Source of the DNA: an uncultured Acidobacteriota bacterium
Lineage (GTDB): Bacteria; Acidobacteriota; Thermoanaerobaculia; Multivoradales; JAHEKO01
Assembly: GCA_963713825.1 (NCBI GenBank)
Contig: CAVQNG010000003.1
Span: 768,001-832,000 of the forward strand
Reading direction: 5' to 3'
Length of the DNA stretch: 64,000 bases
Below are positions 52,514 through 62,196 of the stretch, piece by piece. The notes beneath the pieces were generated by a model. It saw only the letters and a program-made list of their open reading frames with translations. It had not been told where the DNA came from and did not search any database. The translations under genes and the position numbers were made by a program. Every line of letters starts with the position of its first letter. The stretch's first letter is position 1.

Positions 52514-54190
52514 TTATCTTTCCTCGCTCTCCGCGGTATGGGCCGTGCCTCCGAAGATATCGAGGGCGGTCTGTACCGTGGGGTGTGCGAGCGCGGGGTC
52601 GGGTTCGGATGACGGGGTTGTCGCCGGCTGGTCGGAAGGTCGGCTGACTTGCAGCCCCCAACGGCTCGTCTCACCCCAGACCGCCGCCGAACACTCGTCA
52701 AGGATCGATCGATTGCTCTTGCGGCTCAGCGCGTTGGATAGCCAGGAGTCGTCGGGGCGACTGTAGATCGTCAACTCTCCGTCGGAGAATGCCAGTCGCT
52801 CCGCTTCCTCGAGGTGCGCGGCCAGGGGTTGCTTTCGCTGGCTCACCAGGTCGAGGAATTGGCGAAGCTCATTGTCGGAGGTTTTCTTGTTGGAGGCCGT
52901 GGGGGCTTCAGGCTCAGTCTTGTTGGAGGCAGTCTCTTCTTTCTTTGCAGGGGGCTCGTTCGGGGAAGTGGGTTCAGTAGAGCTTACAGTTGGGGTCGAC
53001 TCGGCCTTTGCAGGGGGAGGTGTCTTCCTGGCGGGCTCTGCGGGTGTCGACACCGGGAGCTCGGGGAGAGAGCCGCCGCCGAGCAGGGTTTCGATACGGG
53101 TCAGCTTGGGTAACTCGGCCGCTCTCAGCCAGGCGATCTCGAGAGCCAGTAGCCCCGCCTCGCTGCGCCTGACGGCGACTTCGCTGTTGAGCAGTTGGTG
53201 AAGCAGCCGGAGAAGATTCTCATAGCCGAATTCCTTGGCGAGCGCCTCGAGCCGGTCGGTATCTTCCTGTGGTAGGTCAACCTCTTCTCGGGGTACGTCG
53301 AGAGCCAGGTGAAGCGCGTCGCGGCAGAAGACGAGGAACTCACGATAGACGTGCCGCGGATCCCAGCCCTCCTGCTCGATCTCGTTGACGAGCGCCGAGA
53401 CCTTGGCGCTTTGGCCCCGAAGGATCGCCTCGAGCAGCTGATGACGGACCGCCGAATCCACCCCCCCGAGAATGCGAGCCGCGTCTTCGTCGGCGATCTT
53501 CCCCGAGCCGAATGTCGCCATCTGGTCGAGCAAAGCGACGGCGTCTCGGACGCTGCCTTCCCCTGCTCGGGAGAGCATTCGCAACGCGGCATCCCCAACC
53601 TCGATGCCCTCTTTATCCGCCATCTTGCGGAGATGTTCCGTCAGGTCTGTCGGCCGGACGCGGCGAAAATGAAATTCCTGGCAGCGGGAGAGAACCGTCG
53701 CCGGGACGGTGTCGATCTCCGTTGTGGCGAAAATGAAGACGAGGTGGGGCGGTGGCTCCTCGACGATCTTGAGGAGAGCGTCGAAAGCCTGCCGCGAGAG
53801 GCGGTGGATCTCGTCGATGACCACGACCTTATAGCGGTCGCGGGCCGGTCCGTACTTGAGGCTCTCCGTGAGCTCGCGAACCTGCTCGACCTTGGAATAG
53901 GTTGCGGCATCGACTTCGATGACATCGAGGTCGGAGCCGGCGGTGATCTCGCTGCAGGTCTGGCAGTGATTACAGGGGTCTGCGGCAGGCCCGTTCTCAC
54001 AGTTGAGCGCCTTGGCGAGCACTCGCGCAACGCTGGTCTTGCCAACCCCGCGGATACCGGAGAAGAGGTAGGCCTGGGCGATTCTGCCGTCCTGCAACGC
54101 GTTGCGTAGCGCGGTGACGATGGGCTCTTGACCCACTACGGTGGAGAAATCTTGCGGGCGCCACTTGCGGGCGAGAACCTGGTAGGCCAT
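52514..54190 (-). CDS. dnaX: DNA polymerase III subunit gamma/tau
   Basis: MAYQVLARKWRP, GIRGVGKTS, IDEIH, LLKIVEEPP, SRCQ. Confidence 0.96.
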   Translation of the reverse strand: MAYQVLARKWRPQDFSTVVGQEPIVTALRNALQDGRIAQAYLFSGIRGVGKTSVARVLAKALNCENGPAADPCNHCQTCSEITAGSDLDVIEVDAATYSKVEQVRELTESLKYGPARDRYKVVVIDEIHRLSRQAFDALLKIVEEPPPHLVFIFATTEIDTVPATVLSRCQEFHFRRVRPTDLTEHLRKMADKEGIEVGDAALRMLSRAGEGSVRDAVALLDQMATFGSGKIADEDAARILGGVDSAVRHQLLEAILRGQSAKVSALVNEIEQEGWDPRHVYREFLVFCRDALHLALDVPREEVDLPQEDTDRLEALAKEFGYENLLRLLHQLLNSEVAVRRSEAGLLALEIAWLRAAELPKLTRIETLLGGGSLPELPVSTPAEPARKTPPPAKAESTPTVSSTEPTSPNEPPAKKEETASNKTEPEAPTASNKKTSDNELRQFLDLVSQRKQPLAAHLEEAERLAFSDGELTIYSRPDDSWLSNALSRKSNRSILDECSAAVWGETSRWGLQVSRPSDQPATTPSSEPDPALAHPTVQTALDIFGGTAHTAESEER

Positions 54191-54202
54191 ATCGAATGAA
54201 GA

Positions 54203-54338
54203 GGCCAGCGTTTGGTGAAGGGTTCCGGTTGGACTGCGGCACCCGACCTGAAGTGCCTTATCGCTGCTCCCTTCCGGGCCTGACGAGGTTCGGTACCGAT
54301 CGGTGCACAGGACCCGAACCCTTCGCCAAACGCTGGCC
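54203..54338 (-). ncRNA. ffs: Signal recognition particle RNA (4.5S) with extended closing stem
   Basis: Minus strand TCAGGCCCGGAAGGGAGCAGC (helix 8, GGAA loop) inside a long hairpin, upstream of dnaX. Confidence 0.92.
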
Positions 54339-54488
54339 AGGTTCATGCTACGCGCTGCTCGGCGGGATGTAAAGCTGAGGCATCTGCGGCCGAGTTGGCA
54401 GTCGAAGTTCGCTAGTCGATCGAGAGATCGAAGCTGGTAACATGAGCCAGGGTCGGCGGCAGCGCGAGAGACTCCCTTAATTTCTGCG

Positions 54489-54956
54489 ATGGATGATGTG
54501 AAGTGGATGCGCCAGGCGCTGGCCGAGGCCCGACAGGCGGCCTCGTTGGGAGAGGTGCCGGTCGGGGCAGTGGTGGTTTGTGCCGATGAGATTGTCGGTC
54601 GTGGCCACAACCGTCGGGAAGTCGATGGCGACCCGATGGCTCACGCCGAGATCCTGGCGATTCGGCAGGCGGCGGAAGAAGTCGGTAACTGGCGGTTGGT
54701 GGGTTGCTGTCTCTACGTGACCCTGGAGCCCTGCCCCATGTGTGCCGGGGCGCTGGTCAATAGCCGGGTCGAGCGGTTGGTGTTTGGAACCAGGGACCCA
54801 AAGGCGGGTTATTGCGGTAGTCTCGGCAACCTGGTGGCGGACCCGCGGTTGAATCACCGGATGGAAGTCACCGAGGGGGTGCTCGCGGAAGAGTGCTCGC
54901 GGGAGATCCGGGAGTTCTTCAGCCGACTGCGCCAGGACCGAAGTTCTTTGAAGTAG
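54489..54956 (+). CDS. tadA: tRNA adenosine(34) deaminase
   Basis: EVPVGAV, HAEI, TLEPCPMCAGA. Confidence 0.94.
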   Translation: MDDVKWMRQALAEARQAASLGEVPVGAVVVCADEIVGRGHNRREVDGDPMAHAEILAIRQAAEEVGNWRLVGCCLYVTLEPCPMCAGALVNSRVERLVFGTRDPKAGYCGSLGNLVADPRLNHRMEVTEGVLAEECSREIREFFSRLRQDRSSLK

Positions 54957-54981
54957 CAGCAGTTCGAGGTTGATGTTTCGA

Positions 54982-55071
<90 letters not shown>

Positions 55072-55088
55072 ACCCCCCCCCGCCCGCC

Positions 55089-55121
55089 CTGAGGGTTGAG
55101 GCGGCCGGCTGTTTTTGGAGG
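55089..55121 (+). repeat. Dispersed GGGTTGAGG-hairpin element, degenerate copy after tRNA-Ser(GGA)
   Basis: CTGAGGGTTGAGGCGGCCGGCTGTTTTTGGAGG. Confidence 0.6.
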
Positions 55122-55196
55122 CAGTGGGGCGGTGAGGCCTTGGGCAATGAAGTGAGCGGGAGCTCGAGTGCTCGAGAAGTAGAGAAGTTCAAGTAC

Positions 55197-55286
55197 GGAG
55201 AGGTGCCAGAGTGGTCGAATGGGGCGGTCTCGAAAACCGTTGACCGTTCACGCGGTCCGTGGGTTCGAATCCCACCCTCTCCGCCA
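55197..55286 (+). tRNA. tRNA-Ser(CGA)
   Basis: GCGGT-CT CGA AA-ACCGT anticodon arm, long variable arm, 3' GCCA. Confidence 0.96.
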
Positions 55287-55304
55287 TCTACCCACCCACC
55301 CACG

Positions 55305-55348
55305 CTGAGGGTTGAGGCGCCCGGCTCACAGCCGGGCGTTCTTTGAGG
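55305..55348 (+). repeat. Dispersed GGGTTGAGG-hairpin element after tRNA-Ser(CGA), possibly terminator-like
   Basis: GGGTTGAGG CGCCCGGCT-CAC-AGCCGGGCG TTCTTTGAGG. Confidence 0.7.
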
Positions 55349-55388
55349 GCTTGGGGGTGAAGGATCTGGACCCCACAGTCCCACCTCG

Positions 55389-56240
55389 TCAGACAACCCG
55401 TCGAATCAGCCTTGTCGCCAGCAAGGCGATCGGGAATTGAACAACGAGAAAGACGGCGCCGAAGAGCAGATAGTCGAGGCGACCGAGAACAGACACGGCG
55501 ACCAAGGCCATGACGCCCAGGTTGCGCACCGAGAACTCGAGGGCCAGGCTCGCTGTCGCGGCGGAGCTGATCTTCAAGACCCAACCCAGGGCGGCGCCCA
55601 CCGCAAAGCTGAGGAGGGTAAAGAGGACAGCCAGAAGCACGATCGAAACGACACCACTGGAGAAGGTGCCCAACTGATCGACGAAGACCACCAGGAGCAC
55701 CAAAACCAGCGCCACCAGACACACCCGGTTGAGCGTCGGAAGCCACCGAAGCGTCGCGGTGGACCGCCGGGCTCGGGTCGACATGCCGACCAGGAGGGGA
55801 AGCAGAACGAAGAGCGTGAGCTGCAAGAGGATCCGAACGACCGGAACCGAAACGCGGCCCTCCACGTTGCCCAGGAGAAGAAAGCCCAGATGGGCTGCGA
55901 GAGGCAAGGTGAGGAGGCTCGCCAGGCTGGCGACAGCCGTGAGGACTACGGAAAAGGCAACATCCGCCCGCGCCAGGTGGCAGTAGTAGTTGGAGAGTGC
56001 ACCACCCGGACAGGCGGCGAGAAGGATCAGACCGGCGGCGATATGTGGTTCGGGATAGAAGACCCAAACCAGACCGGCAGCGAGGAGGGGGAGGAGCGTT
56101 GCCTGGGCCACGGTTGCCAACATCACCGCACCTTTGCGATCTCGAATCCGGACGAAATCAGCACCGGTAAGCCCCAATCCGACAACGAACATCAGGAGCA
56201 AGAGAACTGCCGGGACCAACAGATCCAGTATTGGATTCAT
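55389..56240 (-). CDS. Bile acid:sodium symporter (BASS) family transporter
   Basis: MFVVGLGL, ACPGGALSN, EFSVRN, hydrophobic throughout. Confidence 0.85.
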   Translation of the reverse strand: MNPILDLLVPAVLLLLMFVVGLGLTGADFVRIRDRKGAVMLATVAQATLLPLLAAGLVWVFYPEPHIAAGLILLAACPGGALSNYYCHLARADVAFSVVLTAVASLASLLTLPLAAHLGFLLLGNVEGRVSVPVVRILLQLTLFVLLPLLVGMSTRARRSTATLRWLPTLNRVCLVALVLVLLVVFVDQLGTFSSGVVSIVLLAVLFTLLSFAVGAALGWVLKISSAATASLALEFSVRNLGVMALVAVSVLGRLDYLLFGAVFLVVQFPIALLATRLIRRVV

Positions 56241-56244
56241 CCTG

Positions 56245-57795
56245 TCAGCTGGGCCGATGAATTCCGAGCTTCTTCATCCGATGCCGCAAGGTGTTCGGGT
56301 GGATGCCCAAGCGTTCCGCAGCATTGTCGGGGCCGTTGATTCGCCAACTGCAGTCCCCGAGGACTCGTTGAATATGAGCTCTCTGTACCGAGTCGAGCCG
56401 GTCGTCCTGCCCTTCGGAGGGTTGTTCTTGAACAGGTCCCAGTGAGCCCGGGTCGAGCCGCAGCTCGTTTTCGGGGGAGAGAATCACGGCCCGCTCGATG
56501 ACGTTCTTGAGCTCTCGAACGTTGCCGGGCCACGAATAGGTCGTCAGCGCCTCCATGACCGCCGCGGGCACCTTGTCCATTCGATGACCCCACTCCTGCT
56601 CGCATCTGGTGAGGAAATGCCAGGCCAAGAGGGGAATATCATTCCTCCGCTCCCGGAGTGACGGCACTGTGATCGGCACAGTATTGAGACGGTGATAGAG
56701 ATCTTCCCGGAACTCCCCGCCGAGGACCAGTTTCTGTAAGTCTCGATGGGTCGCGGCGATGATCCGAACGTCGGCCACGACCGTCTCGGTCGACCCGACC
56801 CGCTCGAGCTCCCCCGACTGCAGAACCCGAAGCAGTTTGACCTGGAGCTCCAGGTCCAGGTCGCCGATCTCATCGAGGAACAGAGTGCCGCCATCAGCCA
56901 CCTCGAAGCGTCCCTTCTTGGCTGCGATCGCCCCCGAGAAGGCGCCTTTGGTGTGACCGAAAAGCTCACTTTCGATCAGTGAACTCGGCAGCGCGGCGCA
57001 GTTGATCTTGATCAGCGCTCTCGACGACCTGGCGCTGCGTTCGTGGATGGCGTGAGCCAGGAGCTCTTTTCCGGTACCGGTCTCCCCGAGCAGAAGAACA
57101 GCCGCACCGGTCGGTGCCACCCGCTCGACTCGAGACAGCGCCGCCTGCAGCACCTCGCTGGTTCCCACGATGTTCTCGAAGTCGTGAGCGACTTTGATCT
57201 CCTCTTGAAGATAGAGATTCTCCTCTTCGATCAATTCCCGGAGAGCCTCGACCTCACTCTCTCGGTGTCGTCTGTCGAGTGCAGCACCAAGAATTTCTCC
57301 TGCGAGCTGCAAGTTGTCGACGATGTCGTCGTGCCAAGTGACAGCCTTCTGAAAACTCCCGATCGCCAGAGCGCAGACGGGACGCTCGCCGACGACGACC
57401 GGGATCGTCAGATTCGAACGGATTCCGACCCGACGAATGTACTCCCTCTCCTTAACTGCCTCGGGCGGTAGGTCGTCGAGAGCGTTGCTCATCATTACCA
57501 CCTCGCCCCGAGCGAGTTGTTCGTGGTACCAGGGGATATCCGCTTGGAAGGCTCCGAGCGGAAAAGGTTCGATGCCGCTGCGGGAACAGGAATGGATGGC
57601 CACGAGGGGCGCAGCGCCGTCTGAGAACTCGAACAGAGTCGAGCGGTCCACATCTAAGAAGTCGATGATCGCGTGCAGGCCATCCTCGATGGCTTCGTCG
57701 ATCTCAGCGGCCGGTAGACGTATGAAGCGCGCCGAGAGGTTGCGCAGCCACTGCCTGAGCTCATGGCTGGTGTCGTCGGGGTAAGTGCCGGCCAC
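56245..57795 (-). CDS. GAF-containing sigma54-dependent activator (FhlA-like)
   Basis: GETGTGKE, ESELFGH, GAFSGA, FLDEIG, WPGNVREL, C-terminal Fis-type HTH. Confidence 0.9.
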   Translation of the reverse strand: MAGTYPDDTSHELRQWLRNLSARFIRLPAAEIDEAIEDGLHAIIDFLDVDRSTLFEFSDGAAPLVAIHSCSRSGIEPFPLGAFQADIPWYHEQLARGEVVMMSNALDDLPPEAVKEREYIRRVGIRSNLTIPVVVGERPVCALAIGSFQKAVTWHDDIVDNLQLAGEILGAALDRRHRESEVEALRELIEEENLYLQEEIKVAHDFENIVGTSEVLQAALSRVERVAPTGAAVLLLGETGTGKELLAHAIHERSARSSRALIKINCAALPSSLIESELFGHTKGAFSGAIAAKKGRFEVADGGTLFLDEIGDLDLELQVKLLRVLQSGELERVGSTETVVADVRIIAATHRDLQKLVLGGEFREDLYHRLNTVPITVPSLRERRNDIPLLAWHFLTRCEQEWGHRMDKVPAAVMEALTTYSWPGNVRELKNVIERAVILSPENELRLDPGSLGPVQEQPSEGQDDRLDSVQRAHIQRVLGDCSWRINGPDNAAERLGIHPNTLRHRMKKLGIHRPS

Positions 57796-58107
57796 CCTTG
57801 GTCTCCTCCTGGGGATCCAAAGGGAGGATCCTACAGCATTCCTGCCTTGAAATGCCCATATTTGGTCATCTTCTCATGCCTGTCGAGAGGCTACTCGGCG
57901 CGAGGTTTTTGAGGTTTCTTGGCGATTCTCCCAGCCGTGGAGGGTCCGGGATAAGGGGGAAATCTTGAAAGTAACGAAATATGGTGGCGCCAGATCACAA
58001 TATATGGTGAATTAGACGCAGGTGACGTCCTTCGGTTCGCCAACTTTGTTTTTGTAAACAATACATTATAGGGCACTTATGACTTGTTTTGACTTGTCGC
58101 GCCGACC

Positions 58108-58123
58108 TGGTATCAGCCTTGCT
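58108..58123 (+). promoter_or_regulatory. Sigma54 -24/-12 promoter
   Basis: TGGTAT-CAGCC-TTGCT with GG-N10-GC spacing, divergent from the activator gene, with an IHF-like AAACAATACATTA upstream. Confidence 0.75.
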
Positions 58124-58135
58124 ATTCATGGTTGT

Positions 58136-58426
58136 ATGGACTTGTGGATCAGCGTAGAGGACCGTGGAGAGGTGCGAGAGGTCCGACTCGAGGGCCGCTT
58201 GGCTGGCGAAGCCGTAGCCGAACTCGAACGGGCGACGCGGAACCTGGAGCCTCCGATTCGCCTCGAGCTCAGGGAACTGTTATCGGCGGACGAGTCGGGG
58301 TTGATAGCGCTTCGGGCCCGACAGAAGGCCGGTGAGGAGTTGATCGGCGCCCGTCCACTGATCCAGCACCTTCTGGACCAGGCCGATGACGAGTCGGCCA
58401 TCACATTCAACGAGTCGGGCCGATAG
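58136..58426 (+). CDS. Small STAS-like protein
   Basis: VRLEGRLAGEAVAEL, LELRELLSADESGLIAL (STAS-like pattern). Confidence 0.65.
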   Translation: MDLWISVEDRGEVREVRLEGRLAGEAVAELERATRNLEPPIRLELRELLSADESGLIALRARQKAGEELIGARPLIQHLLDQADDESAITFNESGR

Positions 58427-58501
58427 GCCGCGGCTCGAGGCACCAAGGACAGAGATTCAAGGACTCCAAGACGGAGGAGAACCAAAAAAGGAGAAGAAGA
58501 T

Positions 58502-60064
58502 ATGAGGATGAAGCAAACAAGACGGATCTGGGCGGTAGCCGTAATGATGCTCGTGGTGGGCGTCGGCACGGCGGCAGCACAGGACAAACCGAACATCCTG
58601 GTCGTCTGGGGAGACGATGTCGGTCAATCGAACATCAGTGCCTACACCCATGGGCTGGTGGGCTACGAGACGCCGAACATCGACCGCATTTCCGAAGAGG
58701 GAATGACCTTCACGGACTACTATGCCGAGCAGTCGTGCACTGCGGGACGTTCTTCCTTCATCATGGGGCAGAGCGTGTTCCGCACCGGCCTCTCGAAGGT
58801 TGGACTGCCGGGCGCCGCGCTCGGCATGCGGGAAGAGGAGCCGACAATCGCCGGTCTGCTGAAAGCTCAGGGCTACAGGACGGGGCAGTTCGGCAAGAAC
58901 CATCTTGGTGATCGCGATGAGCACCTGCCGACGAACCACGGTTTCGACGAGTTCTTCGGCAATCTCTATCACCTGAACGCCGAAGAAGAGCCGGAGAACG
59001 AGGACTACCCGGGCGACATGATGCTCGCCGATGGCACGACCTTCGGCGAGAAGTTCGGCCCGAGGGGAGTCATTCACAGCTTTGCCGATGGAGACATCGA
59101 AGATACTGGACCGTTGACCAAGAAGCGCATGGAGACGGTCGACGACGACACCTCCGACGCAGCGGTTGCCTTTATCAAGAAGGCCCACGCGGCGGGTGAA
59201 CCCTTCTTTGTCTGGTGGAACGGCAGCCGGATGCACTTCCGGACCCATGTCAAGGCAGAGAACCGCGGGATCTCGGGTCAGGACGAGTATGCCGACGGCA
59301 TGGTCGAGCACGACATGCACATCGGCAAGTTCCTCGACGTGCTGGATGAGCTGGGCATTGCGGACAACACGATCATCTTCTACTCCACCGACAACGGTCC
59401 GCACATGAACACCTGGCCCGATGCCGGCTGGAATCCCTTCCGCGGCGAGAAGAACACCAACTGGGAAGGTGGCTGGCGCGTCCCGGCCATGGTTCGCTGG
59501 CCTGGCAAGATCGAAGCCGGAACCTGGTCGAACGAGATCGTCCATCACATGGATTGGTTGCCGACCCTGCTGGCCGCGGCCGGTGAGCCCGACATCAAGG
59601 AGAAGCTCAAGGCCGGTGGCGTTTCTGCCATCGGGAGGAGCTACAAGGTACATCTCGACGGCTACAACATCCTGCCATTGCTGACTGGTGAGACCGACGA
59701 CAGCCCCCGCAAGGAGATCTTCTATTTCTCCGATGACGGTGATCTGACAGCCCTGCGTTATGAGGACTGGAAGATCCTGTTCATGGAGCAGAAGTCGACG
59801 GGGACCTTCCGGGTCTGGATGGAGCCCTTCGTGACGATGCGAACTCCGATCATCGTCAATCTCCGGCGTGACCCGTACGAGAAGGGGCTGATCACCTCGA
59901 ACAGCTACTTCGATTGGATGCTGGATCGTGCCTACATGTATGTTCCGGCTCAGAGCTACGTGGGGAACTTCATGGCGACGTTTGAAGAGTTTCCACCACG
60001 CCAGAAGGCGGCGAGCTTCAGCCTCGATCAGGTTATGGAGAAGCTGACTCCACCTGGAGGTTGA
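58502..60064 (+). CDS. Secreted arylsulfatase (Cys-type)
   Basis: Signal peptide, PNILVVWGDD, SCTAGR, GKNHLG, TDNG, WEGGWRVP. Confidence 0.93.
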   Translation: MRMKQTRRIWAVAVMMLVVGVGTAAAQDKPNILVVWGDDVGQSNISAYTHGLVGYETPNIDRISEEGMTFTDYYAEQSCTAGRSSFIMGQSVFRTGLSKVGLPGAALGMREEEPTIAGLLKAQGYRTGQFGKNHLGDRDEHLPTNHGFDEFFGNLYHLNAEEEPENEDYPGDMMLADGTTFGEKFGPRGVIHSFADGDIEDTGPLTKKRMETVDDDTSDAAVAFIKKAHAAGEPFFVWWNGSRMHFRTHVKAENRGISGQDEYADGMVEHDMHIGKFLDVLDELGIADNTIIFYSTDNGPHMNTWPDAGWNPFRGEKNTNWEGGWRVPAMVRWPGKIEAGTWSNEIVHHMDWLPTLLAAAGEPDIKEKLKAGGVSAIGRSYKVHLDGYNILPLLTGETDDSPRKEIFYFSDDGDLTALRYEDWKILFMEQKSTGTFRVWMEPFVTMRTPIIVNLRRDPYEKGLITSNSYFDWMLDRAYMYVPAQSYVGNFMATFEEFPPRQKAASFSLDQVMEKLTPPGG

Positions 60065-60181
60065 GGAGTCGTAGGCTGATCGGGGTGTAGAAGTCGATTC
60101 ATCGGGGAACCGGGAGGCAGCATGGTTCCTGGTTCCCCGAGTTGTCTTGAAATACTCTTTGTTCCTTTAGGGGGTTTGAAT

Positions 60182-61252
60182 ATGTACCAAGAGAGAGGGT
60201 CGCGAGGGGATTCCCGTTGGCTCCTGCTGTTGGGGCTGGCGGCTGTGGTAATCACCGCGGGTTGTGGTGGCGCGACGGGAGAGCGCTCCGCGACGAGAGG
60301 AGTTGCACAGGACGGAACCGAGGCAAGCGCGGTTGGCGATTCGAACCCACTGCCATCGTGGAACGATAGAGCCTCCAAAGAGGCCATTGTCGATTTCGTG
60401 AAGAGGGTGACGAACCCAGCGAGCCCCGACTTCGTGCCCGAAGCGGAGCGCATCGCAACCTTCGACAACGACGGGTGCCTTTGGTCCGAGAAACCGGTCT
60501 ACTTCCAGTTGTTGTTCGCCATCGATCGGGTCAAGGCCCTAGCGCCCGAGCATCCAGAGTGGAAGGAGAAGCAACCCTTCAAGGCGGTGCTCGAAGGAGA
60601 CATGGCCGCGCTGGCGGAAGCCGGGGAGCACGGGCTTCTGGAGCTGATCATGGCCAGTCACGCGGGCATGACGACGGTCGAGTTCGAGGCGATCGTCGAA
60701 GACTGGCTGAGCACGGCCAGGCATCCCGAGCTCGATCGCCCCTACACCGAGCTTGTCTTTCAGCCGATGCTAGAGGTGCTCGAGTATCTGCGCTTCAACG
60801 GATTCAAGACCTTCATCACCTCGGGAGGTGGCATCGAGTTCATGCGTCCCTGGGCCGAAGCGGTCTACGGTATCCCTCCAGAGCAGGTCGTAGGCTCGAG
60901 CATCAAGGTGGAATACGAAGTGCGCGATGGTGAGCCGGTCCTGGTTCGCCTCCCGGAGATCGACTTCATCGACGACAAGGAAGGCAAGCCGGTGGGCATC
61001 CACAAGTTCATCGGACGGCGTCCCATCGCCGCGTTCGGGAACTCGGATGGCGATTTCCAGATGCTCGAATGGACGACTGCCGGCGAGGGAGCCCGCTTGG
61101 GTGTCCTGATTCATCACACCGATGGGGAGCGGGAGTGGGCCTACGATCGCGACTCACACGTAGGCGGCCTCTCCAAAGGGTTGGACGAGGCCGGGAATCG
61201 AGGCTGGGTCGTGGTGGACATGAAGCAAGACTGGAAGTCGATCTACGAGTAG
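60182..61252 (+). CDS. HAD family phosphatase, putative lipoprotein
   Basis: LPSWND, FDNDGCLW.E, SGGG, GKP, FGNSDGD. Confidence 0.87.
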   Translation: MYQERGSRGDSRWLLLLGLAAVVITAGCGGATGERSATRGVAQDGTEASAVGDSNPLPSWNDRASKEAIVDFVKRVTNPASPDFVPEAERIATFDNDGCLWSEKPVYFQLLFAIDRVKALAPEHPEWKEKQPFKAVLEGDMAALAEAGEHGLLELIMASHAGMTTVEFEAIVEDWLSTARHPELDRPYTELVFQPMLEVLEYLRFNGFKTFITSGGGIEFMRPWAEAVYGIPPEQVVGSSIKVEYEVRDGEPVLVRLPEIDFIDDKEGKPVGIHKFIGRRPIAAFGNSDGDFQMLEWTTAGEGARLGVLIHHTDGEREWAYDRDSHVGGLSKGLDEAGNRGWVVVDMKQDWKSIYE

Positions 61253-61498
61253 AGCGAGAGACCATGGAGCCAAGCAGCCGGATGCCCGCCTGGAATCTTG
61301 CAGTGCCGCAGACTTTTGATTCTGGGCATAAATGGTATCGTTGGGCCTGTAACGGGTTGAGTCTGGGTCGTTGAGAGGCACAAGCTGGAAGCAGCTAGAA
61401 GACCTGAGCGCCGTCGACGCGCGTCGGGAGGAGCTGTCTTTGACCGAAGGTCAAGTGCCCGATGAAGGCAACGGAGTGGAACAACACAGGAGGGGTGC

Positions 61499-62062
61499 AT
61501 GAACGACGAACTGGGAAGTGGTATCAAACAGGCTTCGAACCGAGGAATGGTCTTCGGGATCGCTTTGGTGATTCTCGGTTTCCTTTCCATTCTCGCTCCA
61601 ATGGTTGCTGGGGGAATGGTGTCGGTGCTGGTCGGAGTCTTCATGATCGCGGCGGGAATCGCGAGATTGATGTGGGCGTTTCAAGCTGGGTCTTTTGGCA
61701 AGGGCGCGCTGACCTTTCTTCTGGGAGGTCTGTTGATCATCACGGGGCTCGCGCTGATCTTCCGGCCCATGATCGGCATGGCCTCGATGGCTCTGATGTT
61801 GGCCATCTTTTTTCTCGCAGACGGAATCTTCGAGCTGGTTGCGGCCTTTAAGGTCAAGCCCAAGAAAGGCTGGGGTTGGATGCTGTTTGGAGGCATCGTC
61901 TCCATCGTGCTGGCGGGCTTCATCTTTTATGAGTGGCCATTCTCGGGCGTCTGGGCGGTCGGGATTCTCGTCGGCGTGAAGCTGCTGTTCGCAGGGTTCG
62001 CCATGATCGCCTTGGGCTCGATGGGCCGAGGGGTGGCCAGGCGGGCGGCAGAGCTCGGGTAG
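61499..62062 (+). CDS. HdeD/DUF308 family membrane protein
   Basis: About 6 hydrophobic segments, GWGWML.GG, WP.SG.WAVGILVG. Confidence 0.85.
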   Translation: MNDELGSGIKQASNRGMVFGIALVILGFLSILAPMVAGGMVSVLVGVFMIAAGIARLMWAFQAGSFGKGALTFLLGGLLIITGLALIFRPMIGMASMALMLAIFFLADGIFELVAAFKVKPKKGWGWMLFGGIVSIVLAGFIFYEWPFSGVWAVGILVGVKLLFAGFAMIALGSMGRGVARRAAELG

Positions 62063-62196
62063 AACAGTTGTGGGGATTTTCCGCGGAAGCCCGATGTTTC
62101 GACCGGGAAGGAATGACGAGCGAGAGAGCGGCGCTCGACCCGGGGGAGACAATTGGGCTCCGCGAGTAGTAAGATCAATGGTTCAGTTGTCAATCA

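Noticed and set aside
52860-53100. Programmed -1 frameshift in dnaX
   Set aside because: No A AAA AAG or long A-run seen in the Pro/Thr-rich linker, only a short TASNK duplication.
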